From contig CAZKHT010000001.1 of assembly GCA_964552595.1 (NCBI GenBank), positions 1 to 41,481 on the forward strand: 41,481 nucleotides of DNA. The letters run 5' to 3'. The DNA comes from an uncultured Burkholderiales bacterium (GTDB taxonomy: Bacteria; Pseudomonadota; Gammaproteobacteria; Burkholderiales; Thiobacteraceae). The notes beneath the pieces were generated by a model. That model was not told the origin of the DNA, did not search any database, and saw only the letters and a list, made by a program, of their open reading frames with translations. Positions 9,917 to 21,672 of this stretch are shown here, piece by piece. Each line of letters begins with the position of its first letter. Positions within the stretch are counted from its first letter, which is position 1. The position numbers were made by a program, and so were the translations under genes.

Positions 9917-10744
9917 CTAGGACAAGGCCTGAAATAATTGCTCGCGATAGTAAATCAAAATAATTATGCCGAAGATTAAACGGTACCAAGCGAAGACAAT
10001 AAAGTTATGCCGCGCCACATACTTCAATAAGGCACGCACCGCGATAAACGCGCTGATAAAAGCCGTGATAAATCCCACCGCGAAGGTCGCGAAATCTTGC
10101 GCGTGCAATAAATTCCAGTGCTTGAACAAATCATAAAAGGTCGCGGCGAACATCGTCGGAATCGCCAGGAAAAACGAAAACTCCGTCGCTGTTTGTCGGG
10201 ATAAACCGAACAGCAGGCCGCCCATGATGGTCGCGCCTGAGCGCGAGGTGCCCGGGATTAAGGAAAAGCATTGCGCAACGCCGACCTTTAAAGCATCCCG
10301 CCAGGTCATGTCGTCTATGCTTTCGATTCTGGGTTTGCGCGGCCGCGCTTCCACCGCAAAGATCACCAAGGCGCCGACGATGAAAGCGATGGCCACCGCA
10401 AAGGGGTTGAACAGATGCGCTTTGATCGCCTTGATAAATAGCAAGCCTAACAAGGCCGCGGGCAAAAACGCGATAAATAAATTTGACACAAAACGCCGCG
10501 CGCCCGGGTCATGGCCCAAGCCTAAAGCGACTTGGGTGATTTTTCTACGGTACTCCCAGCACACGGCGAGTATGGCGCCGAGCTGAATCACAATCTCGAA
10601 TACCTTGCCGACCTCATTATTAAAATTCAGCAGATCGCCCACGATAATTAAGTGGCCAGTGCTGGAGACAGGTAAAAACTCGGTGAGACCCTCGACGATG
10701 CCGAGAATAAACGCTTTGAACAGCAGCAGGAAATCCATAAACAC
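9917..10744 (-). CDS. uppP: undecaprenyl-diphosphate phosphatase (BacA/UppP)
   Basis: 275-aa polytopic membrane protein with the BacA motifs [16 protein letters not shown] and [10 protein letters not shown]. Confidence 0.92.
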   Translation of the reverse strand: MFMDFLLLFKAFILGIVEGLTEFLPVSSTGHLIIVGDLLNFNNEVGKVFEIVIQLGAILAVCWEYRRKITQVALGLGHDPGARRFVSNLFIAFLPAALLGLLFIKAIKAHLFNPFAVAIAFIVGALVIFAVEARPRKPRIESIDDMTWRDALKVGVAQCFSLIPGTSRSGATIMGGLLFGLSRQTATEFSFFLAIPTMFAATFYDLFKHWNLLHAQDFATFAVGFITAFISAFIAVRALLKYVARHNFIVFAWYRLIFGIIILIYYREQLFQALS

Positions 10745-10860
10745 GATCGATATTGAAAGTTAGATTATACGTAGGCAAGGGTGAAACGCATAAATTCCTA
10801 AAATCTAAGCATGCGACTCTCACGATCGCGGTTTTTTAAAGGCAGACACCTTCGCTCAGA

Positions 10861-11751
10861 CTAAGAAGCGAGTTTGGCCTTGAAAAAATCCATGCTGCGC
10901 TGCCAAGCCAACTTCGCTGCCGCCTCATCGTAGCGCGGCGTGGTGTCATTATTGAAACCGTGCTGCGTGTTAGGGTAGAGATACATGGTGTAAGGCACGT
11001 CTGCTGCCTTCAGCGCGGCTTCATACACGGGCCAGCCGGCATTGATTCTGTCGTCGTTTTGCGCATAGTGTAAAAGCAAGGGCGCTTTAATGTTTGCGAC
11101 GTCCAAAGTGGGGGGTTGCGGGCCATAAAAGGGGACTGCGGCGCTTAGCGCAGGCAATTGCGTGGCCAGCGTATTCGTCATGCCGCCGCCCCAGCAAAAC
11201 CCAATCACCCCTAGCTTGCCATTGCACTCCGGCAGAGCTTGCAAAAATTTCGCGGCGGCGATGAAGTCTTGGCGAGTTTTGCTTTGGTCCAGCTGGGCGA
11301 ATAATTCGCGCGCCTTATCCTCGTCACCGGGATAGCCACCCAAAGGCGTCAAGGCATCAGGGGCGAAGGCGATAAAATTTTCCAGCGCCACGCGTCGCGC
11401 GATGTCTTCGATGTGCGGATTCAAGCCGCGATTTTCGTGTATGACCAAAACACCGGGACGTTTCCCGGCGGCCGCTGTCGGCTGCGCGAGATAGCCTCGG
11501 CTCTTGCCATAGCCTAAGGGCGAGGCGTACTCCAGGTAACGAAACTTTATCCGCTTATCCGTGGGCGAGATTTGTTGCGCTTCGGCGTAGCGCGGGTTAA
11601 GCGCCTCTAACAGCATGCCGGCGCTCATACCGCTCACCGCATATTTCGCGGCGCCTCCCAAAAAACCGCGTCTATCAATCACGCCATGCACGAATTGATC
11701 GAAGAGTTTTAAAACTTCAGGATGAAAATCGCTGGCCTTGAATTTGGGCAT
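10861..11751 (-). CDS. dienelactone hydrolase family protein, Tat-exported
   Basis: Twin-arginine signal IDRRGFLGGAAKY, nucleophile elbow GFCWGG and a DLH-like C-terminal half. ATG 11751 is preceded by GGAGGG. The longest ORF extends to GTG 11772. Confidence 0.85.
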   Translation of the reverse strand: MPKFKASDFHPEVLKLFDQFVHGVIDRRGFLGGAAKYAVSGMSAGMLLEALNPRYAEAQQISPTDKRIKFRYLEYASPLGYGKSRGYLAQPTAAAGKRPGVLVIHENRGLNPHIEDIARRVALENFIAFAPDALTPLGGYPGDEDKARELFAQLDQSKTRQDFIAAAKFLQALPECNGKLGVIGFCWGGGMTNTLATQLPALSAAVPFYGPQPPTLDVANIKAPLLLHYAQNDDRINAGWPVYEAALKAADVPYTMYLYPNTQHGFNNDTTPRYDEAAAKLAWQRSMDFFKAKLAS

Positions 11752-11889
11752 GGTCCCTCCGAAAAGCGGCACTGGTGAAGTGGGGTAAAGCTGAGATTGG
11801 TCTCAGCGCGAATGCGCGTGAGGAAGGCGCCTCACTTCAGGCGCGGCCCATGTAAGCCAATGCCGCGTCGAAATGAGGGAAAACCGAGG

Positions 11890-12306
11890 CTAGTGGGTCA
11901 AGCGCGCAAGCCCGGATTTATAGCCAAATTCGCCTACCCACTTGCCCCGCTTGTAATCCAATTTAAGCCAACGGGGGACGAATGGCTGGCGACGCACGAT
12001 AGGAAATTCCGTCAAAGAAGGCTTGCCCGCGACGGCGTGCACATCGCAGCGCTCGCTCATCACCGGCCGAAATCGAATTGCAAGTTGTTCATTAACCGGC
12101 GTGGCACTCAGCGCGGGATCGCCGTCATAAAACCGCACTTGCATACGAATCAAGCAGGAGAAATACATTTCCATCTCTGCAATCAAAGGCGTGGCGCGCT
12201 TGGCCAAGGCCCGCTGCGCGGCGTCGGTTAAATGCACGGCAACGGTTTTGCCTTCGAGCTGAATTTCAGGGGTATCGGAAACGGCTTGCATGAATAATGA
12301 CAACAT
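11890..12306 (-). CDS. hypothetical protein (138 aa), no family recognised
   Basis: ATG 12306 is preceded by AGGAG at 7 nt. The amino-acid composition is balanced, whereas the antisense ORF 11797..12231 is Arg-rich junk. No motif recognised. Confidence 0.55.
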   Translation of the reverse strand: MLSLFMQAVSDTPEIQLEGKTVAVHLTDAAQRALAKRATPLIAEMEMYFSCLIRMQVRFYDGDPALSATPVNEQLAIRFRPVMSERCDVHAVAGKPSLTEFPIVRRQPFVPRWLKLDYKRGKWVGEFGYKSGLARLTH

Positions 12307-12378
12307 AGGGCGGCTCCTAGTAGGGCATGATCACCAGCGGACCATGCGGTGACGAAATGACTACCCCCCTATCTTAGA

Positions 12379-12639
12379 CTATGGCTTAGACCGCGGCGTG
12401 GATGGCTTGCGGGAATTTTCTTCCGCGGCTGTTCCGGCGTCACGCTCGTCTATCTTACGCGCGGACGCCATTTGAATAAATTCTAAAAGTGCTTCCGCGC
12501 TGGCAAGCCGTTGGGCTGGCGTCAATCGCAGGTTATCACGCAGCTGGGCCTCCTCGACAGCCTCCCAAGTGAGCGGCCATAGCGTCTGCTCGTCATTTTC
12601 GGAATTCACCATAGCCTCTGATTTTTTGAAGTTTCTCAA
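12379..12639 (-). CDS. small hypothetical protein, partner of the upstream nucleotidyltransferase
   Basis: 77-86 aa depending on start (ATG 12639 or ATG 12612). It overlaps the 3' end of the NTase gene, which suggests translational coupling. It has an acidic N-terminal half with LTPAQRLASAEALLEF and a low-complexity C-terminal tail. Confidence 0.5.
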   Translation of the reverse strand: MRNFKKSEAMVNSENDEQTLWPLTWEAVEEAQLRDNLRLTPAQRLASAEALLEFIQMASARKIDERDAGTAAEENSRKPSTPRSKP

Positions 12640-13096
12640 TGTCGTCCAGGTCCCTAGGCCTACCTGCGAGACGTTTTAATTCAATTAGATCGTCAAGAGA
12701 GCAGAGACGGATGGCAACCCCGCCGAGATCTGTAACCGTAGAGCGTGCCCACAAGGTGTCGAAAGGGATAGGATGCTGCGCGAAAAGATCAACAGAGACA
12801 CCCGGGTTGTCAGGCCGGCTCATGGAAAACACCCGCATGCCTTTTTCCTTTAACCAAATCGAACGCTGTATTGGATCCGCAAATTGTAGCGGGTCTACCG
12901 GAGCGCGGGGTTTAAAGCCATGGGTACTTAGTGCGCGTATTGCTTTTTCCACCTCTTCCGTTTCCAGGTCGATCACCAAGTCTATATCTGTTGTAGCCCG
13001 AACATAGCCATGTAATATGGTTGCGATCCCGCCAACGACAACATATCTCACTCCCGCATCATTTAAAAAGCGGAAAATGGGTAGAAATTGCGACAC
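12593..13096 (-). CDS. minimal nucleotidyltransferase-fold protein (Pol-beta superfamily, MNT/AbiEii-like)
   Basis: VVVGGIATILHGYVRATTDIDLVI fits the G[GS]-x(9-13)-DxD NTase signature. The C-terminal LDDLIELKRLAGRPRDLDDIEKL is typical of small stand-alone NTases found in two-gene cassettes. Confidence 0.65.
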   Translation of the reverse strand: MSQFLPIFRFLNDAGVRYVVVGGIATILHGYVRATTDIDLVIDLETEEVEKAIRALSTHGFKPRAPVDPLQFADPIQRSIWLKEKGMRVFSMSRPDNPGVSVDLFAQHPIPFDTLWARSTVTDLGGVAIRLCSLDDLIELKRLAGRPRDLDDIEKLQKIRGYGEFRK

Positions 13097-13115
13097 TTAA
13101 ACTCGCTAATCTCGC

Positions 13116-15170
<2,055 letters not shown>

Positions 15171-15176
15171 TGTGTA

Positions 15177-15205
15177 AAGGTAAGGGAATTATGGAATAAT
15201 CGCAA
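15177..15205 (-). promoter_or_regulatory. candidate sigma70 promoter for the thiC leader
   Basis: On the minus strand, TTGCGA (15205-15200), 17 nt spacer, TACCTT (15182-15177), ending about 7 nt before the riboswitch P1 region. The -10 hexamer is weak. Confidence 0.3.
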
Positions 15206-15233
15206 GGTTTATAGCGTTTTGCTGGAGATTCAA

Positions 15234-15887
15234 ATGGATATAGAAAAAGCGCGCTTCAATATGGTGGAACAGCAAATTCGTCCCTGGGGTGTGCTGGATG
15301 AAACCGTGCTGGAAACCCTGCGCCAGGTGAAACGCGAAGCCTATGTACCGGCCGCTTATCGCAGCATGGCGTTTATGGATATCGAGATCCCCCTAGGGCA
15401 GGGTGAAACCATGCTCACCCCTAAGGTGGAAGCCAGGCTATTGCAAGCCGCGACATTGGCTACCACGGACACCGTCCTGGAAATCGGCACCGGCAGTGGT
15501 TATATGACCGCCATGATGGCGCGTTTAGCTAAGCATGTTTATAGCGTGGACATCGTGCCGGAACTCAGCGAGCAGGCGGCGGCGAAATTAGCCGCGCATG
15601 ATGTGAGAAATGTGACTTTAGAGGTCGGAGACGGTGCGCGCGGTTGGGTGAAGTATGCGCCCTATGATGTGATCATCGTCAGCGGCAGCCTGCCGCTATT
15701 ACCGCCCGAATTTTTACAGCAATTGCGGCCGGGAGGGCGTCTGCTCGCTTTTGTCGGTTCGGCGCCAGCCATGACGGCGCGGCGTGTGCGTCTACTTGAA
15801 CCCGGTATCAGCGATAGCGTGGATTTATTCGAGACCCAGGTGCGCGCGCTGCGCAACGCGCCCAAGCTCGAAACCTTTGTGTTCTAA
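15234..15887 (+). CDS. pcm: protein-L-isoaspartate O-methyltransferase family protein
   Basis: SAM motif VLEIGTGSGY and PIMT-like layout. ATG 15234 is the likely start; the longest ORF starts at TTG 15219. Confidence 0.85.
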   Translation: MDIEKARFNMVEQQIRPWGVLDETVLETLRQVKREAYVPAAYRSMAFMDIEIPLGQGETMLTPKVEARLLQAATLATTDTVLEIGTGSGYMTAMMARLAKHVYSVDIVPELSEQAAAKLAAHDVRNVTLEVGDGARGWVKYAPYDVIIVSGSLPLLPPEFLQQLRPGGRLLAFVGSAPAMTARRVRLLEPGISDSVDLFETQVRALRNAPKLETFVF

Positions 15888-16211
15888 ATGCAACAGCTTT
15901 ATCCGCTCGACTTGCGGGCCTGGCTAGACGACGCAACGCGGCCCGCGCCCGTGATCCTGGATGTGCGTGAAGGCTGGGAGCTAGAGCGCTGCGCCTTGCC
16001 CGGCACGACCTGGATACCTCTGCGCGAGGTACCCGCCCGCTTGGAGGAACTCAACCCCAGCGCCGAGATTGTCGTCGTCTGCCACCACGGTGTACGCAGC
16101 CAGCATATTGCGCGCTTGTTAGAGCATGAGGGTTTTAGCCGTGTGTATAATCTAGCCACCGGGGTCGATGGATGGGCACGTCAAGTCGATCCCAGCATGC
16201 CGATTTATTGA
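15888..16211 (+). CDS. rhodanese-like sulfurtransferase domain protein
   Basis: 107-aa single rhodanese domain with the active-site loop CHHGVRS. It starts directly after the pcm stop. Confidence 0.85.
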   Translation: MQQLYPLDLRAWLDDATRPAPVILDVREGWELERCALPGTTWIPLREVPARLEELNPSAEIVVVCHHGVRSQHIARLLEHEGFSRVYNLATGVDGWARQVDPSMPIY

Positions 16212-16221
16212 AGGACTCCCC

Positions 16222-17580
16222 ATGAATAAGTTTTCGCCACTCGCGCTCGTAGTGGCCGCGGTCTTTAGTCCCCTCGCTTGGGGCGCCAGCGATTTGTTAC
16301 AGCTCTATCAAGAAGCGGTCAACCGCGACGCGACCTTCCAAGCGGCCAAGGCTGCGCAAATCGCCGGGCAAGAAGCAGTACCGCAGGCGCGCGCCGGCTT
16401 ATTGCCGACCATAGGGCTTTCGGGTAGCAGCACCTATAACCACACCAATACGCAATACCACTACCCTTCGTTTTTCCCGAATGGGTCGCGCAACTATGTG
16501 GCGAACGGTTATACCTTGAGTCTGACCCAGCCTTTATTTCGGGGGCAAAATTTCGCGCAATACGCGCAATCGCAATCCGTCGTCAAACAAGTCGATGCGC
16601 AATATTTCATCGCCCAGCAAGACTTGATAGTGCGCTTAGCGCAAGCTTACTTTGACGTCTTACTCGCGCAATACAATGTCTCGCTCGCCGCCACGCAAAA
16701 AGAATCCATAGGCGAACAATTGGCCCAGGCCAAACGCAATTTCGAAGTCGGCACGGCTACCATCACCGATACCCATGATGCGCAAGCGCGCTACGATTTA
16801 ACCGCGGCCCAGGAAATCGCCGCGAAAAATGACTTGGAAATTAAACAAACCGCTTTAGAGCAAATCATAGGCCATGTGCCGGGCGAGCTGGTCACCGTCA
16901 AAGGCGATGTGCCCTTACTCTCGCCTGAGCCCACGAATATCGATGCCTGGGTGGAAAAAGCGCTGGCGCAAAACCCTGAAATTCAAATCGCCCAAGCGGC
17001 GCTTGATATTGCCATTGAAGAAGTGCGCAAGCAGCGCGCCGGCCATCTCCCCACTTTGGATTTCGTCGCGACCTATGGCGATTACAATCAAAGCGGCAAT
17101 CTAGGTTATGACCAAAAAGCCGCGACTGCCGGCATACAACTGAATGTGCCGCTTTACCAAGGCGGCTATGTGAGCTCCAAAGTGCGCGAAGCCGTCGCCA
17201 ATCAAGAAAAAGCGCGGCAAAATCTTGATGTCGCGCGTAGGCGTATTAGCCAGCAAGCACGGCAGGCTTATCTGGGCGTGACCAGCGGCATCGCCCAAGT
17301 GCGCGCTTTGCAGCAAGCCGTGATTTCCGCGCAAAGTTCGCTGGACTCCACCAAGCTCGGCTTGGATGTGGGGGTGCGCACTAGCGTCGATTTGCTCAAT
17401 ACCCGGCAACAACTATTCAGCGCGCGGCGCGATTTAGCGCAAGCGCTGTACGCCTATATTTTGTCGCAACTGCGTTTGATCGCGGCGGTGGGGACCTTGA
17501 ATGATGCGGACGTAGTGCGGGTCAACACTTGGTTGAATCAAGCGGCTATTCCGAAACCGCTGCCTAAAAATCCAGGATGA
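16222..17580 (+). CDS. tolC: TolC-family outer-membrane channel
   Basis: Signal peptide MNKFSPLALVVAAVFSPLAWG follows an AAGGA ribosome-binding site. The protein is about 450 aa with an internally duplicated OEP architecture. The conserved pcm-rhodanese-tolC context supports the call. The longest ORF (16168) overlaps the rhodanese gene and is unlikely to be the true start. Confidence 0.88.
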   Translation: MNKFSPLALVVAAVFSPLAWGASDLLQLYQEAVNRDATFQAAKAAQIAGQEAVPQARAGLLPTIGLSGSSTYNHTNTQYHYPSFFPNGSRNYVANGYTLSLTQPLFRGQNFAQYAQSQSVVKQVDAQYFIAQQDLIVRLAQAYFDVLLAQYNVSLAATQKESIGEQLAQAKRNFEVGTATITDTHDAQARYDLTAAQEIAAKNDLEIKQTALEQIIGHVPGELVTVKGDVPLLSPEPTNIDAWVEKALAQNPEIQIAQAALDIAIEEVRKQRAGHLPTLDFVATYGDYNQSGNLGYDQKAATAGIQLNVPLYQGGYVSSKVREAVANQEKARQNLDVARRRISQQARQAYLGVTSGIAQVRALQQAVISAQSSLDSTKLGLDVGVRTSVDLLNTRQQLFSARRDLAQALYAYILSQLRLIAAVGTLNDADVVRVNTWLNQAAIPKPLPKNPG

Positions 17581-17607
17581 TTCTGTAATAAGCGGTCGTG
17601 CTGCGTT

Positions 17608-18861
17608 TTATGCGCGCACCAGCCGCGCTTGGATATGCCGCAAAGTTTTTTCCACCGCGCCTTTGTGGCGGGCCGCGAAATCCCGGCCGGCTAAGGCCAT
17701 GGCCTCGCGCTGATTCGCATCTTCCATTAAGTCCGCCGCCCGTCTCAAAGCGCTACTTGCATCTTGTACGCGCAAGGCCGCTCCCGCGGAAATGGCGTCT
17801 TCCGCCACTTGCACGAAGTTTTCCGTATGCGGACCCAGCACCACGGGGACGCCCATGACGCAAGCTTCGATTAAATTTTGCCCGCCGAAAGCCAGCAGGC
17901 TGCCGCCTATGAGGGCTACATCGGCGGCGGCATAGTAAGCAAACATCTCGCCCATGCTGTCGCCTAAAATAATTTGGCTATCGCCTATGTTGGTATTGGC
18001 GCTGCGTCTTTGCCATTGCAAACCACTGCGGTCCAGCAACTGCGCGACCTGCTCGAAACGCTGCGGATGGCGGGGTACCAGCACGAGTAAAAACTTATTC
18101 GCATACGGCAAATAGGCTTCGAGGATGAGTGCCTCCTCGCCTTCACGCGTACTGGCCGCGAGTAAAACCGGGCGCGTGAGCTTCCATTGCTGGCGCAAGA
18201 CGCCGGCCTCGCTTGGCGCGCTCACGTCGAATTTCATATTGCCGGTGACGGCGACCGAGCTTGCTCCCAACTTTTGTAAGCGTGCGCTATCCGCCTCGGT
18301 CTGCGCGCAAATGCAAGTTAAGCGGCGCAAAGCTTCGCGGCTCAAGCTGGGAAACCAGGCATAGCGTCGGGCGGAACGCGCCGACAAACGCGCATTGATC
18401 AGGGCGAGCGGTATGCCTTGCTGGCTACAGGCTGCTATCAAGTTAGGCCACAACTCGGTTTCCATTAACAAGCCAAAGCGCGGCTGATAGTGCTGCAAAA
18501 AACGCCGAACCGCACCCGGAAAATCATAGGGTAGATAGGCTTGTAGCACGCCGGCTCCCGCGAGCGCGCGCCCGGTATCGCGCCCGGTGGGCGTCATATG
18601 CGTGAGCAGAATTTGCGCCTGCGGAAACTGGCTTTGCAAGGCGGTGATCAAGGGCATTGCGGCCCGGGTCTCGCCCACGGAAACCGCGTGTATCCAAAGG
18701 ATATCGCCCGCACGCACCAAAGGCCGCGAATAAAAACCAAAGCGTTCGCGCCAGTGCAAAAGATAGGCGGGCTGTTTGCGCGCCCGCCAGAGTAAACGCA
18801 GCGGCAGCAAGGGTGCCAGCAAATACAACACAGCGGTGTAGAGGAAGCGCGCTTTAGACAC
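17608..18861 (-). CDS. waaA: 3-deoxy-D-manno-octulosonic acid (Kdo) transferase
   Basis: 417 aa with an N-terminal anchor (LYLLAPLLPLRLLWR) and WIHAVSVGE. The C-terminal half is GT30-like. The GTG start overlaps the waaC stop by 8 nt. Confidence 0.9.
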   Translation of the reverse strand: MSKARFLYTAVLYLLAPLLPLRLLWRARKQPAYLLHWRERFGFYSRPLVRAGDILWIHAVSVGETRAAMPLITALQSQFPQAQILLTHMTPTGRDTGRALAGAGVLQAYLPYDFPGAVRRFLQHYQPRFGLLMETELWPNLIAACSQQGIPLALINARLSARSARRYAWFPSLSREALRRLTCICAQTEADSARLQKLGASSVAVTGNMKFDVSAPSEAGVLRQQWKLTRPVLLAASTREGEEALILEAYLPYANKFLLVLVPRHPQRFEQVAQLLDRSGLQWQRRSANTNIGDSQIILGDSMGEMFAYYAAADVALIGGSLLAFGGQNLIEACVMGVPVVLGPHTENFVQVAEDAISAGAALRVQDASSALRRAADLMEDANQREAMALAGRDFAARHKGAVEKTLRHIQARLVRA

Positions 18862-19813
18862 GCGCCAACTCCCAACTGGCTGTTATGACGTCCGCCGCTG
18901 TGGGCGGATTTCCAGAGCGGCCCAAGTTGCGCGTGGAACTGCGCGCATACAATCCGTTTTCGCTGGCTTCCGAAGCGCAATAAATGCCGACGGCGGGGGT
19001 ATTCACCGCGCTGGCTAAATGCAACAAACCGGTATCCACGCCAACTACCACCGCTGCTTGAGCCAGCATGGTCGCGGCATCGGTGAGCGACATGCGGGGT
19101 GCCAAGGTGGCGCGAGGAATCCCTGCGACTAAGCGTCGCGCGCGGGCTTCTTCCTCGGCGTTTCCCCAGGGTAAGAGTGCCACAATATTTTTTTCCGCCA
19201 AGGCCTGCCCGAGTTGCAGCCAATTTTTTTCCGGCCAAAGTTTTTCTGAGCGGCTGGTGGCGTGTAATAGCACGGCATAGCGTGAAAGCGGCAGCCAGGC
19301 CGGCGCGCTATCAGGAACGCGCAAGCCGTAATCCAAGGGCAAGTTGGGTAAGAGATCAAAGGCGTGCGCGGCTAAGGCGCGATAGCGTACCACGGCATGA
19401 TCGTCGGGATTAATCCGAAAACGCGCATCGTAAAAATGCGCCGCTAAACGCTCTCGCGTGCTGTAGCGATCGGGGCCTATATGCTTACCGCGCGCGAGGC
19501 GCGCAAGCATGGCGCTTTTGATAAGACCTTGGGTGTCCAAAATAAAATCATAAGGCGTGGCGCGCAGGCGGCGGCGTAAATCGCGCACCTCAGCCCAGGT
19601 GCGCGGCTGCAAAAAAGTTTTACGCCAGCGCCGCAAAGCGACGGGGATGACGGCATGCACTCCGGGATGTAATTTTGGAATATCGGCGAAGCTCTCTTCC
19701 ACCAGCCAATGGATTTCCGCCTCCGGGTAACGCGTACGGATATCGGCGACGATGGGCAGATTGTGGATCACATCGCCCATGGAGGAAGTTTTGATAAGAA
19801 GGATGCGCGTCAT
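18854..19813 (-). CDS. waaC: ADP-heptose:LPS heptosyltransferase I
   Basis: ILLIKTSSMGDVIHNLP, WLVEE.FA.IP, IPVALRRWRK and DTQGLIKSA are colinear with E. coli WaaC. Confidence 0.88.
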   Translation of the reverse strand: MTRILLIKTSSMGDVIHNLPIVADIRTRYPEAEIHWLVEESFADIPKLHPGVHAVIPVALRRWRKTFLQPRTWAEVRDLRRRLRATPYDFILDTQGLIKSAMLARLARGKHIGPDRYSTRERLAAHFYDARFRINPDDHAVVRYRALAAHAFDLLPNLPLDYGLRVPDSAPAWLPLSRYAVLLHATSRSEKLWPEKNWLQLGQALAEKNIVALLPWGNAEEEARARRLVAGIPRATLAPRMSLTDAATMLAQAAVVVGVDTGLLHLASAVNTPAVGIYCASEASENGLYARSSTRNLGRSGNPPTAADVITASWELARV

Positions 19814-19897
19814 AGCGGAATAAAAACCGCGCTTAGCTTACACGGAATCGGCTAAAATTACCCCCTTTGAAACCTCCCGCATGGTTGAAATCCCCGC

Positions 19898-20659
19898 ATG
19901 GCCAGCCGAGAGCCGGTTTCCGCAGTCCTAGTCACCCTGAATGCTGCATCGCAACTCGAATCGTGTTTGCGCAGTCTCGCCTTCGTCGATGAAGTGCTAG
20001 TGGTGGATTGCGGCAGCCAAGATGCGACGCTAAACATCGCGCAACAATGCGGAGCGCGGGTGGTGCATCAAGAGTGGTTGGGTTACGGTGCGCAGAAGCG
20101 TTACGCGGTGGGTGAGGCGCGCCATGATTGGGTGTTGTGCGTGGATGCGGATGAGCAAGTCAGTGAGGCTTTACAGGCCTCGATTAAGGCAGCACTGGTC
20201 GCTCCTACGGCGGCGGGTTTTGAAATGCCGCGCCGCAATCGATTTTTAGGCCGCTGGTTGCGCCACGGCGAGGGGTATCCCGATTGGTCTTTGCGTTTAT
20301 TTAATCGCAAGCAAGGCAATTGGTCGGAGGATGTGGTGCATGAGAAAGTGCGCGTGCAAGGCAAGGTGATGCGCTTGCGCGGGGATTTGCTGCACGACTC
20401 GGCGGAAGATTTAGCCAGCTATTGCGCCAAGCAAAATCGTTATACCAGCTTGCAAGCGCAAGAAAGTTTTTCTCGTGGCAAGCGCGCGCATTTCGCGCAA
20501 TTGCTGCTCAGTCCCATACTGCGTTTTATTAAGTTTTATTTTCTGCGTTTGGGTTTTTTGGATGGGGCGCCGGGTTTGGTGCACATCGCGATTGGTTGTC
20601 ACAATAGCCTTATGAAATACGCCAAGTTATTGGCTTTGCAACAGGGGAGAAGCCGTTGA
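19898..20659 (+). CDS. family 2 glycosyltransferase, LPS-core type (WaaE/KdtX-like)
   Basis: GT2 motifs SAVLVTLNAA, VVDCGSQDAT and CVDADE. It is 253 aa and divergent from waaC. Confidence 0.8.
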   Translation: MASREPVSAVLVTLNAASQLESCLRSLAFVDEVLVVDCGSQDATLNIAQQCGARVVHQEWLGYGAQKRYAVGEARHDWVLCVDADEQVSEALQASIKAALVAPTAAGFEMPRRNRFLGRWLRHGEGYPDWSLRLFNRKQGNWSEDVVHEKVRVQGKVMRLRGDLLHDSAEDLASYCAKQNRYTSLQAQESFSRGKRAHFAQLLLSPILRFIKFYFLRLGFLDGAPGLVHIAIGCHNSLMKYAKLLALQQGRSR

Positions 20660-21672
20660 AAGTTTTAGTAACCGGTGTCGCCGGTTTTATTGGCATGCAC
20701 ACCGCGCAGCGTTTATTGGCGCGTGGCGACGAAGTCCTGGGCATAGATAATCTCAACGACTACTACGATGTGCAATTAAAGCGTGACCGCTTAGCACGTC
20801 TCACTCCGCACGCCGGCTTCACCTTCGCGCAACTCGATATGGCCGACCGCCAAGGGATGGCGGCTTTATTCGCGCAACACAAAATCGCGCGAGCGATTAA
20901 TCTTGCGGCTCAGCCTGGCGTGCGCTACTCCTTGAAAAATCCCCATGCTTATGTCGATTCGAATCTGGTGGGTTTCGTGAATGTGCTGGAAGGCTGTCGC
21001 CACAATGGCGTAGAGCACTTGGTGTTCGCCAGCAGCTCCAGCGTATACGGCGCGAATACCAAAATGCCCTTCAGCGAGGAAGACGCGGTCGACCATCCGG
21101 TGAGCTTGTACGCCGCGAGCAAAAAAGCCAATGAGTTGATGGCGCATACCTATAGCCATCTCTACGCTCTGCCTTGCACGGGGCTGCGGTTTTTCACGGT
21201 GTACGGACCATGGGGACGACCGGATATGTCGCCTTCTTTATTTGCCGGCGCAATTTTGCGTGACGAGACCATAGACGTGTTTAACCATGGCAAGATGCAG
21301 CGCGATTTTACTTACGTCGACGATATCGTTGAAGGCGTGATCCGCGTTTTAGATAAAATTCCCGCGGGCGATACCGCGTTTGACCGCGCCCAGCCTAGCC
21401 CGGCTAGCAGTTACGCGCCGTTTCGCATTTACAACATCGGCAATCATGAGCCGGTAGAGCTGATGACTTTTATCGAGACCATAGAGCAAGCCGTAGGCAA
21501 GCCGGCGCGGAAAAATTTTCTGCCCATGCAGCCGGGCGATGTGCACGCGACCTATGCGGATATCGATAAACTGCGCGCCGCGGTGGGCTTCGCGCCCAGC
21601 ACCCCCCTGGCACGTGGCATAGGCGAATTTGTGGAATGGTATAAGGCTTATTACGGGGGGCGGACTGCATGA
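20656..21672 (+). CDS. NAD-dependent epimerase, UDP-glucuronate 4-epimerase type
   Basis: TGVAGFIG Rossmann motif, [16 protein letters not shown] and [12 protein letters not shown] are characteristic of CapI/WbnF/LpsL-type UDP-GlcA 4-epimerases. The TTG start overlaps the upstream stop (TTGA). Confidence 0.8.
   Translation: MKVLVTGVAGFIGMHTAQRLLARGDEVLGIDNLNDYYDVQLKRDRLARLTPHAGFTFAQLDMADRQGMAALFAQHKIARAINLAAQPGVRYSLKNPHAYVDSNLVGFVNVLEGCRHNGVEHLVFASSSSVYGANTKMPFSEEDAVDHPVSLYAASKKANELMAHTYSHLYALPCTGLRFFTVYGPWGRPDMSPSLFAGAILRDETIDVFNHGKMQRDFTYVDDIVEGVIRVLDKIPAGDTAFDRAQPSPASSYAPFRIYNIGNHEPVELMTFIETIEQAVGKPARKNFLPMQPGDVHATYADIDKLRAAVGFAPSTPLARGIGEFVEWYKAYYGGRTA

Noticed and set aside
11790-11807. 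Perfect 7-bp hairpin GCTGAGA-TTGG-TCTCAGC between the 138-aa gene and the hydrolase gene, with neighbouring GTGAGG/CCTCAC and GCGCCT/AGGCGC stems.
   Set aside because: On the transcribed (minus) strand it is followed only by TTTACCCC, not a U-tract. It may be a weak terminator or a processing site, but I cannot support a call.
11797-12231. 144-aa plus-strand ORF antisense to the 138-aa hypothetical gene.
   Set aside because: Extremely Arg/Pro/Gly-rich (MVSARMRVRKAPHFRRGPCKPMPRRNEGKPR..) and no ribosome-binding site. The minus-strand ORF has an AGGAG site and normal composition.
18648-19238. 196-aa minus-strand ORF spanning the waaC/waaA junction in an alternative frame.
   Set aside because: It overlaps two genes with strong family motifs and is Arg/Gly/Cys/Ser-rich. 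It is an alternative-frame artefact.
19876-19901. 9-bp direct repeat CCCGCATGG at 19876-19884 and 19893-19901 in the waaC/GT2 divergent promoter region. Each copy contains an ATG.
   Set aside because: It is very short. The first ATG (19881) is out of frame with the GT2 ORF. It could be an operator half-site pair, but there is no further evidence, so chance is likely.
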